This document shows, piece by piece, positions 27,701-41,555 of a DNA stretch of 64,000 nucleotides. Positions within the stretch are counted from its first letter, which is position 1. Every line of letters starts with the position of its first letter. This DNA comes from Veleropilina oligotropha (taxonomy: Eukaryota). A model generated the notes under the pieces. It did not search any database. It was not told the DNA's origin and saw only the letters and a program-made list of their open reading frames with translations. The stretch is taken from the NCBI GenBank assembly GCA_048128005.1, contig JBEUKZ010000018.1:1-64000 (forward strand), in the 5' to 3' direction. The position numbers and the translations under genes are program-made.

Positions 27701-28448
27701 TAATTGTTATTTGTGAGCCACCATGTAAAAATATGATGTAACAATGCAACACCATTACACATTACTTTGAAGATCATTCTATTATCTTTCATGTGATATA
27801 TAGTTTTTGTATGGGTTGTGGGTAGAAATATGTGTCGTATCGTACATCTACAAATGTCCTATGACAAACTAAAGGTTTTTCCCAATTAAATTTGTCTGCC
27901 AAAGAGTTAACACATCATTTCCTTGACATTTCTGGATTCCCCAATGACCTCCCTCCAGCTCTCTTCATCTGGTCAGGGAATTCCTGACAGTGTCTGCTGA
28001 ATGTAGAGGCTGTTGACAGACAGGATGTTCATGATTTGACTGTGGTGTATGGGATCTGGAGCAGGATTAAGCCCCAGGGATCAGGCCAGTGATCCAGGCT
28101 GATGACAGCCTCCTGTCTGCTGCAGCAGATAAGGAGAGGTGTTGGAATGGTTGCTTTGTGGTCATGTGATAAACAAGAATTGATACTGCACTGTGGAGAT
28201 AACTAATATCAATATCCCACCCTTAAATAAACACTTTAATACTGTAGAATCATTAATATTCATGGTGTAACAAATTTCGTGGGTAAGCTAAACCACGAAT
28301 TTAAAGTCTCAACGAAATATCAGCCACCCAGTCAGTTTTCATCTAAGAAATCTGAGGGCAGCTACGTTCTATATATATTTGTCAATATGTATGTCTTGGC
28401 TATTACATGTAATTATAATGTTAATTGTATCACCAAAATTTAACATTT

Positions 28449-28618
28449 CGGGACGAGGAATGATGCTTAATGTCCTGTATATTACAACATCGAGGTACAA
28501 GGCAGGACATGTCCGTGTTATCGCGGGAGGAAACCCCGGTAGCCCGGGTAAACCCGCCCTCTTCGGCCAGTCACGGACAACTGTGATTTATAACTTGAAC
28601 AAAAATTTGCCTCTGCCA
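28449..28618 (-). mobile_element. 5'-truncated copy of the V-domain-like SINE
   Basis: Reverse complement of 52835-53000. Confidence 0.85.
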
Positions 28619-31600
28619 GTGAAAAGTTATTATCCGATTTGGTATGTGCGTTCGTTATGATGAGTACACTCTGCCTAACGATTTCCTTTTATTTTTGGAT
28701 CCAAGAAGGCCGTAGCGGCGGCCATTTTATTTGAAGATATTGCTTGTGCGCGATCTACAGTCAATAGTTCTAATCCGATTTGTTTCAAATTTGGTATACA
28801 TGTTTGGTATGATGAGGACATGGTGCCTATTGATTTTTGCTACCGTGAGAGGGGATACACCCCCTCGACTTGTTGGGTCGAGGATTCACTAGTTAAACAA
28901 GACAAAATAGACACAACTAAACTGTTTTATTAGCCAGGGCTTCAAGACTAATGGTCTTGGAGACCTATTGAAATTGTACGGATTATTATTATGGGCTCGC
29001 ACGCAACGCACATGCGAGTCTATGTAATGAGCATGTCGTCTGGCCGGCCGTTCGTCCGTTCGTCCGTTCGACCGGCGTCAACAATTAGTTATCAGGTTAA
29101 AGTTTTTGCTTAAAGTTTCTCAATCATGCTATATAAGCAACAATATGCATGTTTTAATATTTCTATATGCTTGATATCACTATTTCATCATTACCTCACA
29201 CTAAATAAATAATATTGAAGGTAATTTCCTTCGAATTTCACCATAAAATGCTTTTGGACTTAAAAGTTCAAGTTTTGGTTAGAGATTCTCAATCATGCTA
29301 TATAAACAACAATATGCATGTTTTAGCATTAGTATATGTTGGATATCACTATTTCATTGTTATCTGACCATAAATAAATAATATTAAACATAATTGTGCC
29401 CTCACAAATGAAGTATAGGAGGGGGGGGGGCATATAGGAGTCTGTCTGTCGGTCTGTTGCAAATTCCCTTCCGCTCCATATCTATGATAATATTTTGTCT
29501 AGGGACACGAATCGTGATGTGTTGATGGGTCATAACCCAAAGGTTTGTCGCGTACCGAAAGTAGGTCACTGTGACATACTTTTCGCGCTTGATTGCACTT
29601 GGTCCAAAATTCCCTTCCGCTCCATATCTCCAATACTATTTGACCAAGGGACACGAAACTTGATGTGTGCATGCATCTTAACCCGTAGGTGTGCCGCATA
29701 CAAAAAGTAGGTCACTGTGACTTACTTTCCACACTTGACCACATTCAGGCCAAAATTCCCTTCCGCTCAATATCTCACATACTATTTGACCGAGGGACAC
29801 AAAACTGACAATGATGTGTGCATGCATCTTAACCCAAAGGTGTGTTGCGTACAAAAGTAGGTCACCACATCCTACTTTTCACGCTTACATGCGTTTGGTC
29901 CAAAATTCCTTTCCATTCCATATCTCAAACTGAGACATGAAACTTGATGCATGAACGCGTCATAACCCAAAGGTGCGTCGCGTACCAAAAGTAGGTCACT
30001 GTGACCTACTTTCCAAGCTTGACTGCATTCGGGTCCAAAATTCCCTTCCGCTCCATATCTCCCATACTATTTGACCGAGGGACACGAAACTTGATGTGTG
30101 CATGCTTCATTCCCAAAAGTAGGTCACTGCGTCAGCCTGTTCCTGGGTTAAGTGCTTTTGTGGAGGAATATGATCACTTCTGGTCATGCTTAATTCAGAT
30201 TTTACCATAAAATACTGTTTTTTCTTAGCATGCTAAATATGCAACAATAGGCATACTTTGGCATCCTCCTTTGTCAGATATCACTATTTCATTGTCATAG
30301 AACCCTAGAGTAGAAATATTGAAAGCAATTTAATTGAAATTCTGAATATATATATATATATATATTAAAATAGCCGTTATGGACTTAGGAAATTTTGCTT
30401 TTTATACAACTTTTTATATGCTTTATATGTCTATTTCAAATTGACAATGATGTCCTCTACTATTGAATGTAGACACACTATATATACTCATGAAATATAG
30501 ACAGGTCATTTCTTAATAGAATGTTTTCAAATTTGATATGTACATTGGTTGGGGTGAGGACATGACACTTGTAGATTGCCGAGAGATTCCTCATGATCGC
30601 TCAAGACAGGACTTTTCTTAATGGAATGTTTTCAAATTTGGTATGTGCATTGGTTTGGGTGAGGACACGAATCCTAGAAAATTTGGGTGTGGTACGATCT
30701 CTAGGATGGCCCTGTGGCCTCCATTTTGGATTTTAAAGCATCAAGCCAGCGAGGCGATACTTTCTACATATGATGGACTTCTTATGATGAATTAAGTTAT
30801 ATTGCGAGTGAAAAATCAATTGGGCGTAATTGTGGCGGACCGAGCGGCGCCTCCACCATAATCAACCAAACTGCTGACACTAAACGGTCAATGAACTCCA
30901 CCCACACGTGATTACGCTATCACGCGCACATTGTAGTCTCCCGTGATCGACAACTCGACAGATGGAACAGTAGCGGGCCTCGATTGTCGATCACGTAGAC
31001 CACGTCAAGGCAAACTGGTTTCACCAGAGTCACATAGCACCAACCGATGGCACGTCCCTTCGAATAGCGATAGTAAACGTTTACACAATGACCTGGAAAG
31101 AGGAGCCGATGCATCATAGAACATTTATATTTTTAACTGCCACCACCATAATGCATAAACACGCTCAGTCCAGATCAAACATGAAAACGACGCGACGCAG
31201 GTCCCTACGAAAATATATCGCGAGTTTAAAACGGCCGTCTCAACCGTGACAGACAATACCAGAGAAAAACTCAAACCAATTATAAAGGAAATCGTGTAGT
31301 GAGCTGTTCTCTGTTCGAATGAAAACAACATGTAATAAAAACTAATATATTTATTTATTAACCATTCCTATAATAAGACATAAGACACTATCCTACAGCT
31401 ATACATCGATATGCGTTACTGGCTATTTATTGATTGTTCATACACAATAAAAGCGGATTTAATAAAAGTGAAACTGACATGGTAAAGTTTGTAAACACTT
31501 TGTGACCTGAAATCGATTAGCGAGTCAACTTTCGAATAATCTTAATAAATAACACGGGGAGAAAAATGTAGTTATTACTCGATATCCAATAATTAAACAA

Positions 31601-32874
31601 ATACGACTCTGGCATAAAGGTGAGATTATATCTCCACAACATTCGGCAGTATATAAATGCCGTAAAATCTTGCATCATATTCTTCCAACACGACAACAAG
31701 TACCTGTAGCAAAACTACCCGTCAGCGGATTCACTACAAGACACCAACGTTGTCCAACAACGACCGTTCTACTTCCGGTCCTATAGGTTGTTAGAACCAA
31801 CCCAAAAAGGGAAAAGCTGATATTGCATTTCTCGCGTATTTAGCATCGAAATGGTACAGCGACTCCTCAGAATATAGCGTTCATTTCCTCACACGCACCG
31901 TGATCACAAGATCCTTTAAAATATAACCAGAGCCGTCATATAAATATTAAATACATCCCCGCGTGATGAATACAAACAGAAATGAGCAAAACGCACTCAT
32001 GAATTAACTCTTATCGTTTACAATTAAATTAACTCATCGCAAGAAAGTAAATAGCGTTACCAATAAAACTGAAACAAGTTATCTCGCTAAACGAAAATGT
32101 TGTCACAAGGCGTTAAAGATAAAGTATCAGTGAAACATTTCAATAATGTACAACACTAACAGAATTTATACTAACATAATTTATCGCGAATGCACAGGAA
32201 ATACAGTCTTCTCGCAGAGATCAAACTTCAACCTTGAACGAGTACGATGAGAGCACTTCAACAATGTTCTTAATATCTGATAGTAGCACTTCCCGACCAA
32301 CAAGAAGCCTCGTTCCGCATAAGGTCCTCGCGGATGTTCCATAACTGTCCCAGGATAATTTACATCACGAAACAAGAGACTATATAATATTATATTTCTA
32401 AACGACATTTTAAACTAATACTAGCGATTAAATACAATGTTTAGCTGTTAAATTCAAGAGAATGTTAGTAATAAAGTCACGTTTATAAAGATTCGTTTGC
32501 CAACTAGTGAAAAGTTAACTTACATGATCGAAATACACGGCGGATAGTAACAGAAATACAACAAAAGACGTTACATCGGATTCACTCAACTTACATGGCC
32601 ACAAACATACGACGAGACAATACGCCCTCCCTTGCGAGGTGTCGAGCCACAAGGAAAGAGAGATTTCACTTCCAGCATAGTGTTATATAGAGAATAGTTT
32701 TTGCATAACAAAGGCAAACGTTGTTTGCGGAACCGCACGATTTGACCGTTTAATATCAGGTGACCACAATGTCCATTTCATTTCACCGATTCACAATTCA
32801 CAACAGTGTACGGAAGGCGCTTAAGGCCATATAAATACATATACATATATTAGTGTAGAAACAAAATCGCGACA

Positions 32875-32910
32875 CAGCCCCCTTCCTTGACAAGCTTCGT
32901 CCCGAAGCTT
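32875..32910 (-). promoter_or_regulatory. Polypurine tract with upstream hairpin (copy at 36852-36887)
   Basis: Minus strand AAGCTTCG-GGA-CGAAGCTT-GTC-AAGGAAGGGGGCTG abuts the LTR start TGTCGCG. Confidence 0.85.
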
Positions 32911-33502
32911 TACTTTGACGAAACATGAATCATCGGTACACGTCAATACGCTATAATAATTACTATGCAATAAGGTTACAATAAACAAATATATTAGTTT
33001 TCATGCTACATATAAACATGCAACGTATAACATAAAACAAATATCGCTCTCCCATTTATCTACTATTATCGTAATTAAATTACCGAATCTGTCCCTTTTA
33101 ATTATGGAAAATTACTTCACACACCGTTTACATAATTATAGAACACATAAATAACGAACATTAATAACTTCACAACTACTCTACTGAATATTCCTACAAT
33201 ATATACGTCTAGTAAATGTTCAACCCTACAAAACATTGCGAACGTCCCATGAACCAAACTCCCACGCATGTACAATGTTCGCACACGGTCATACATAACA
33301 GCCCACAATCACTTTGTCTACTAATTTCATTTAACAAAACTCGATTTAAGAAAATCCGTTTATTAACTGTCTATATTGATTCCTCTCAAAACCCCCCTTT
33401 ACCAACGACATACAACATTTGAGTCTTAACTGTAAACCACAAGACGCGAGATTCCAAATACCGAATCTTCAGTTACCTAACTATCTACAAGTACATTAGA
33501 AT

Positions 33503-33897
33503 AACAGTTCAAATTCGGAGTCGTAAATAGATTTTAAAATGCTCGAGATTCAAACAATCTCCCGCTACACTCTACAATATTATCACAATTCAAATTCGGA
33601 GTCGTAAATAGATTTTAAAATACTAGAGATTCTAACAGAATCTCCCACCACCGTCTACATATCTACAGTTGACAATGTACTAACAGTTCAACGTCGGAGT
33701 CGTAAATAGATTTTAAAATACTCGAGATTCAAACAATCTCCCGCTACACTCTACAATATTATCACAATTCAAATTCGGAGTCGTAAATAGATTTTAAAAT
33801 ACTAGAGATTCTAACATAATCTCCCACCACCGTCTACATATCTACAGTTGACAATGTACTAACAGTTCAACGTCGGAGTCGTAAATAGATTTTAAAA
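33503..33897. repeat. Internal higher-order repeat of the LTR element (81+98 bp); copy at 37480-37874
   Basis: CGGAGTCGTAAATAGATTTTAAAA starts at 33516, 33597, 33695, 33776 and 33874. Confidence 0.9.
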
Positions 33898-34784
33898 TTC
33901 AGTGAGAAAACGAATCTCTACTTTTCGTTAACCTCAAGGTCAACCATCAAACCATAACTATCAACACTTACATAATAACGAGATTCTTCATACAAAATCC
34001 CGAACAACATCCACATATACAAACATCATTTCTAATAACCTTAATTTACCAGTCTGTGAAGTACACGCATAATTAACATACATAATCTCCAGTGCGCATC
34101 CAAACTGGCGCCCTTCGAGCTCGTCCGTGTGACGTCATTGGTAAATCTATATCACTACTCTCGTCGTCACCACTTTCAAGTAACATACTTTAATTTACAT
34201 TATTACAGGTCCATAATTAAACGGACCGTTATACACGGGAACATTACTTGCCACTCACATATATATATAATTAACAATCAGTAATTAAATTGCGAACGAT
34301 TATTAGTAGATTAAACATTGACCATCGACATTAGACAGAAACGACACATTATCACGCCTCTCAATCTGTAACTCACTTTCCATAGCAACAACAGGTTGAC
34401 CCAAACTTTCTATGTTAACAGTGTCATTCAGATACATCAAATTTCTCGATTCTGCCATTTATAATTAATATAATTAATATAAACATGAGAAAACATTGGC
34501 AAACAAATATTTATAAACGCAAGTTAAAATTAGTAAAGGATTGTTAATAAGCACATCACGGTTCAAATATAGGGAAGCATTCTATATCTATCACACTAAG
34601 CACGATCCTACTTAGCGAGAGAAAATAAAACACACAACGCAATACCCCCGAAAAATGTCACCTCTTCCGGCCAGCACGTCACCAAAAAAACAAAATATTT
34701 TACATAAAAAAAAATGTCACCCCATCCCCGGGCACGTCAAAATCTACAAATAAATGTCTCCACCACCCCCCGGGCACGTCAAAC

Positions 34785-34803
34785 AATCCCACCGCTGCCA
34801 CCA
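34785..34803 (-). promoter_or_regulatory. Primer binding site for tRNA-Leu (copy at 38762-38780)
   Basis: Plus strand AATCCCACCGCTGCCACCA equals the 3' end plus CCA of the conserved animal tRNA-Leu(AAG-type). It lies 4 nt from the LTR. Confidence 0.92.
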
Positions 34804-37800
34804 AATCTGTGGCGGACCGAGCGGCGCCTCCACCATAATCAACCAAACTGCTGACACTAAACGGTCAATGAACTCCACCCACACGTGATTACGCTATCAC
34901 GCGCACATTGTAGTCTCCCGTGATCGACAACTCGACAGATGGAACAGTAGCGGGCCTCAATTGTCGATCACGTAGACCACGTCAAGGCAAACTGGTTTCA
35001 CCAGAGTCACATAGCACCAACCGATGGCACGTCCCTTCGAATAGCGATAGTAAACGTTTACACAATGACCTGGAAAGAGGAGCCGATGCATCATAGAACA
35101 TTTATATTTTTAACTGCCACCACCATAATGCATAAACACGCTCAGTCCAGATCAAACATGAAAACGACGCGACGCAGGTCCCTACGAAAATATATCGCGA
35201 GTTTAAAACGGCCGTCTCAACCGTGACAGACAATACCAGAGAAAAACTCAAACCAATTATAAAGGAAATCGTGTAGTGAGCTGTTCTCTGTTCGAATGAA
35301 AACAACATGTAATAAAAACTAATATATTTATTTATTAACCATTCCTATAATAAGACATAAGACACTATCCTACAGCTATACATCGATATGCGTTACTGGC
35401 TATTTATTGATTGTTCATACACAATAAAAGCGGATTTAATAAAAGTGAAACTGACATGGTAAAGTTTGTAAACACTTTGTGACCTGAAATCGATTAGCGA
35501 GTCAACTTTCGAATAATCTTAATAAATAACACGGGGAGAAAAATGTAGTTATTACTCGATATCCAATAATTAAACAAATACGACTCTGGCATAAAGGTGA
35601 GATTATATCTCCACAACATTCGGCAGTATATAAATGCCGTAAAATCTTGCATCATATTCTTCCAACACGACAACAAGTACCTGTAGCAAAACTACCCGTC
35701 AGCGGATTCACTACAAGACACCAACGTTGTCCAACAACGACCGTTCTACTTCCGGTCCTATAGGTTGTTAGAACCAACCCAAAAAGGGAAAAGCTGATAT
35801 TGCATTTCTCGCGTATTTAGCATCGAAATGGTACAGCGACTCCTCAGAATATAGCGTTCATTTCCTCACACGCACCGTGATCACAAGATCCTTTAAAATA
35901 TAACCAGAGCCGTCATATAAATATTAAATACATCCCCGCGTGATGAATACAAACAGAAATGAGCAAAACGCACTCATGAATTAACTCTTATCGTTTACAA
36001 TTAAATTAACTCATCGCAAGAAAGTAAATAGCGTTACCAATAAAACTGAAACAAGTTATCTCGCTAAACGAAAATGTTGTCACAAGGCGTTAAAGATAAA
36101 GTATCAGTGAAACATTTCAATAATGTACAACACTAACAGAATTTATACTAACATAATTTATCGCGAATGCACAGGAAATACAGTCTTCTCGCAGAGATCA
36201 AACTTCAACCTTGAACGAGTACGATGAGAGCACTTCAACAATGTTCTTAATATCTGATAGTAGCACTTCCCGACCAACAAGAAGCCTCGTTCCGCATAAG
36301 GTCCTCGCGGATGTTCCATAACTGTCCCAGGATAATTTACATCACGAAACAAGAGACTATATAATATTATATTTCTAAACGACATTTTAAACTAATACTA
36401 GCGATTAAATACAATGTTTAGCTGTTAAATTCAAGAGAATGTTAGTAATAAAGTCACGTTTATAAAGATTCGTTTGCCAACTAGTGAAAAGTTAACTTAC
36501 ATGATCGAAATACACGGCGGATAGTAACAGAAATACAACAAAAGACGTTACATCGGATTCACTCAACTTACATGGCCACAAACATACGACGAGACAATAC
36601 GCCCTCCCTTGCGAGGTGTCGAGCCACAAGGAAAGAGAGATTTCACTTCCAGCATAGTGTTATATAGAGAATAGTTTTTGCATAACAAAGGCAAACGTTG
36701 TTTGCGGAACCGCACGATTTGACCGTTTAATATCAGGTGACCACAATGTCCATTTCATTTCACCGATTCACAATTCACAACAGTGTACGGAAGGCGCTTA
36801 AGGCCATATAAATACATATACATATATTAGTGTAGAAACAAAATCGCGACACAGCCCCCTTCCTTGACAAGCTTCGTCCCGAAGCTTTACTTTGACGAAA
36901 CATGAATCATCGGTACACGTCAATACGCTATAATAATTACTATGCAATAAGGTTACAATAAACAAATATATTAGTTTTCATGCTACATATAAACATGCAA
37001 CGTATAACATAAAACAAATATCGCTCTCCCATTTATCTACTATTATCGTAATTAAATTACCGAATCTGTCCCTTTTAATTATGGAAAATTACTTCACACA
37101 CCGTTTACATAATTATAGAACACATAAATAACGAACATTAATAACTTCACAACTACTCTACTGAATATTCCTACAATATATACGTCTAGTAAATGTTCAA
37201 CCCTACAAAACATTGCGAACGTCCCATGAACCAAACTCCCACGCATGTACAATGTTCGCACACGGTCATACATAACAGCCCACAATCACTTTGTCTACTA
37301 ATTTCATTTAACAAAACTCGATTTAAGAAAATCCGTTTATTAACTGTCTATATTGATTCCTCTCAAAACCCCCCTTTACCAACGACATACAACATTTGAG
37401 TCTTAACTGTAAACCACAAGACGCGAGATTCCAAATACCGAATCTTCAGTTACCTAACTATCTACAAGTACATTAGAATAACAGTTCAAATTCGGAGTCG
37501 TAAATAGATTTTAAAATGCTCGAGATTCAAACAATCTCCCGCTACACTCTACAATATTATCACAATTCAAATTCGGAGTCGTAAATAGATTTTAAAATAC
37601 TAGAGATTCTAACAGAATCTCCCACCACCGTCTACATATCTACAGTTGACAATGTACTAACAGTTCAACGTCGGAGTCGTAAATAGATTTTAAAATACTC
37701 GAGATTCAAACAATCTCCCGCTACACTCTACAATATTATCACAATTCAAATTCGGAGTCGTAAATAGATTTTAAAATACTAGAGATTCTAACATAATCTC

Positions 37801-40800
37801 CCACCACCGTCTACATATCTACAGTTGACAATGTACTAACAGTTCAACGTCGGAGTCGTAAATAGATTTTAAAATTCAGTGAGAAAACGAATCTCTACTT
37901 TTCGTTAACCTCAAGGTCAACCATCAAACCATAACTATCAACACTTACATAATAACGAGATTCTTCATACAAAATCCCGAACAACATCCACATATACAAA
38001 CATCATTTCTAATAACCTTAATTTACCAGTCTGTGAAGTACACGCATAATTAACATACATAATCTCCAGTGCGCATCCAAACTGGCGCCCTTCGAGCTCG
38101 TCCGTGTGACGTCATTGGTAAATCTATATCACTACTCTCGTCGTCACCACTTTCAAGTAACATACTTTAATTTACATTATTACAGGTCCATAATTAAACG
38201 GACCGTTATACACGGGAACATTACTTGCCACTCACATATATATATAATTAACAATCAGTAATTAAATTGCGAACGATTATTAGTAGATTAAACATTGACC
38301 ATCGACATTAGACAGAAACGACACATTATCACGCCTCTCAATCTGTAACTCACTTTCCATAGCAACAACAGGTTGACCCAAACTTTCTATGTTAACAGTG
38401 TCATTCAGATACATCAAATTTCTCGATTCTGCCATTTATAATTAATATAATTAATATAAACATGAGAAAACATTGGCAAACAAATATTTATAAACGCAAG
38501 TTAAAATTAGTAAAGGATTGTTAATAAGCACATCACGGTTCAAATATAGGGAAGCATTCTATATCTATCACACTAAGCACGATCCTACTTAGCGAGAGAA
38601 AATAAAACACACAACGCAATACCCCCGAAAAATGTCACCTCTTCCGGCCAGCACGTCACCAAAAAAACAAAATATTTTACATAAAAAAAAATGTCACCCC
38701 ATCCCCGGGCACGTCAAAATCTACAAATAAATGTCTCCACCACCCCCCGGGCACGTCAAACAATCCCACCGCTGCCACCAAATCTGTGGCGGACCGAGCG
38801 GCGCCTCCACCATAATCAACCAAACTGCTGACACTAAACGGTCAATGAACTCCACCCACACGTGATTACGCTATCACGCGCACATTGTAGTCTCCCGTGA
38901 TCGACAACTCGACAGATGGAACAGTAGCGGGCCTCAATTGTCGATCACGTAGACCACGTCAAGGCAAACTGGTTTCACCAGAGTCACATAGCACCAACCG
39001 ATGGCACGTCCCTTCGAATAGCGATAGTAAACGTTTACACAATGACCTGGAAAGAGGAGCCGATGCATCATAGAACATTTATATTTTTAACTGCCACCAC
39101 CATAATGCATAAACACGCTCAGTCCAGATCAAACATGAAAACGACGCGACGCAGGTCCCTACGAAAATATATCGCGAGTTTAAAACGGCCGTCTCAACCG
39201 TGACAGACAATACCAGAGAAAAACTCAAACCAATTATAAAGGAAATCGTGTAGTGAGCTGTTCTCTGTTCGAATGAAAACAACATGTAATAAAAACTAAT
39301 ATATTTATTTATTAACCATTCCTATAATAAGACATAAGACACTATCCTACAGCTATACATCGATATGCGTTACTGGCTATTTATTGATTGTTCATACACA
39401 ATAAAAGCGGATTTAATAAAAGTGAAACTGACATGGTAAAGTTTGTAAACACTTTGTGACCTGAAATCGATTAGCGAGTCAACTTTCGAATAATCTTAAT
39501 AAATAACACGGGGAGAAAAATGTAGTTATTACTCGATATCCAATAATTAAACAAATACGACTCTGGCATAAAGGTGAGATTATATCTCCACAACATTCGG
39601 CAGTATATAAATGCCGTAAAATCTTGCATCATATTCTTCCAACACGACAACAAGTACCTGTAGCAAAACTACCCGTCAGCGGATTCACTACAAGACACCA
39701 ACGTTGTCCAACAACGACCGTTCTACTTCCGGTCCTATAGGTTGTTAGAACCAACCCAAAAAGGGAAAAGCTGATATTGCATTTCTCGCGTATTTAGCAT
39801 CGAAATGGTACAGCGACTCCTCAGAATATAGCGTTCATTTCCTCACACGCACCGTGATCACAAGATCCTTTAAAATATAACCAGAGCCGTCATATAAATA
39901 TTAAATACATCCCCGCGTGATGAATACAAACAGAAATGAGCAAAACGCACTCATGAATTAACTCTTATCGTTTACAATTAAATTAACTCATCGCAAGAAA
40001 GTAAATAGCGTTACCAATAAAACTGAAACAAGTTATCTCGCTAAACGAAAATGTTGTCACAAGGCGTTAAAGATAAAGTATCAGTGAAACATTTCAATAA
40101 TGTACAACACTAACAGAATTTATACTAACATAATTTATCGCGAATGCACAGGAAATACAGTCTTCTCGCAGAGATCAAACTTCAACCTTGAACGAGTACG
40201 ATGAGAGCACTTCAACAATGTTCTTAATATCTGATAGTAGCACTTCCCGACCAACAAGAAGCCTCGTTCCGCATAAGGTCCTCGCGGATGTTCCATAACT
40301 GTCCCAGGATAATTTACATCACGAAACAAGAGACTATATAATATTATATTTCTAAACGACATTTTAAACTAATACTAGCGATTAAATACAATGTTTAGCT
40401 GTTAAATTCAAGAGAATGTTAGTAATAAAGTCACGTTTATAAAGATTCGTTTGCCAACTAGTGAAAAGTTAACTTACATGATCGAAATACACGGCGGATA
40501 GTAACAGAAATACAACAAAAGACGTTACATCGGATTCACTCAACTTACATGGCCACAAACATACGACGAGACAATACGCCCTCCCTTGCGAGGTGTCGAG
40601 CCACAAGGAAAGAGAGATTTCACTTCCAGCATAGTGTTATATAGAGAATAGTTTTTGCATAACAAAGGCAAACGTTGTTTGCGGAACCGCACGATTTGAC
40701 CGTTTAATATCAGGTGACCACAATGTCCATTTCATTTCACCGATTCACAATTCACAACAGTGTACGGAAGGCGCTTAAGGCCATATAAATACATATACAT

Positions 40801-41414
40801 ATATTAGTGTAGAAACAAAATCGCGACAGTAATACAAGATGGCGGCAGGAGATAGAACGCGGTCAGCTTGAAGCCCTGTACAGCTGCTTTGCAGCTTTAG
40901 TTACAGCTTTAATGTGTTTTATTAATTTTATCAAATGAAGTTCACTTCTTATGTACATGTATATATACATGCTAAGAGATATAAGAGTAGATGTGCTTCA
41001 ATAAATTATTTTGGTATTTACACGATTCAACTGCAAGTAGGTGTTTATAAAAACAAGTCCCTCTTTGATTTAGCCATTTATTATCGATTGTGTGTATTGA
41101 AACTGGCCTGGTTCGAGATAATCCAATTTGCATTAATTGGCTTCGTTGTGACATAATGTTGAATGTTGAGGTTTTCGAGATGATGTTCAACATACAAATC
41201 ATAATGAAACAGTTTCTTGAAAAGTCTTTCTATTCTTTGTTTACTGTTTAATTAAGAGACTATTGCTCGTAAATGCGCTATTTTCGTGACTGTGTAGCAT
41301 GACTAATCATCCGCTATCACACGGTTCGTGCAGATTGATACAAATTTTGCGAAGAGATGATCGATATATGATCAAATGATATATTTTTATTGAAATTGTC
41401 ATTGTAACTGGGCA

Positions 41415-41546
41415 ATAGAGGAGATCTCACATGAGTGGTCATTTAATATCACATTTATTGAAACAACTTATAATTTTCATATTTTCCGAGGTGAAAGTTT
41501 CATAAATTTATGTGATATTAAATGATCACGAATGTGAGATTCTATT
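41415..41546. mobile_element. Foldback palindrome (Crypton-like)
   Basis: ATCTCACAT..GTGGTCATTTAATATCACAT pairs with ATGTGATATTAAATGATCAC..ATGTGAGAT. Confidence 0.6.
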
Positions 41547-41555
41547 TATCATATA

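Larger units (their letters stand above)
30831..40828 (-). mobile_element. Non-autonomous, probably Gypsy-derived LTR retroelement with three LTRs and two internal segments; 5-bp TSD GTAAT
   Basis: LTRs TGT...ACA at 30831-32874, 34808-36851 and 38785-40828 (2,044 bp each, period 3,977). Internal segments at 32875-34807 and 36852-38784. GTAAT at 30826-30830 and 40829-40833. No gag/pol ORF. Confidence 0.93.
28928..40902 (+). mobile_element. Helentron-type family A element inflated by nested insertions (family B from ~28992, family C 29394-30185, LTR element)
   Basis: 5' AGGGCTTCAAG...CCTATTGAAATTGTAC and 3' CTTGAAGCCCTGTACAGCTGCTTTGCAGCTTTAGTT match the ends of 5021-8422. Confidence 0.65.

Noticed and set aside
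33503..33897. CRISPR-like array of constant repeats with spacers
   Set aside because: The spacers alternate between two repeated sequences, there are no cas genes, and the context is a eukaryotic LTR element.
34785..34803. tRNA-Leu gene
   Set aside because: Only the 3' 19 nt including CCA are present next to an LTR, so this is a PBS.
30920..40362. Triplicated 60-75-aa ORFs in the 3,977-bp repeat
   Set aside because: They are short, have no gag/pol/env motifs, and recur only because the LTRs and internal segments are duplicated.
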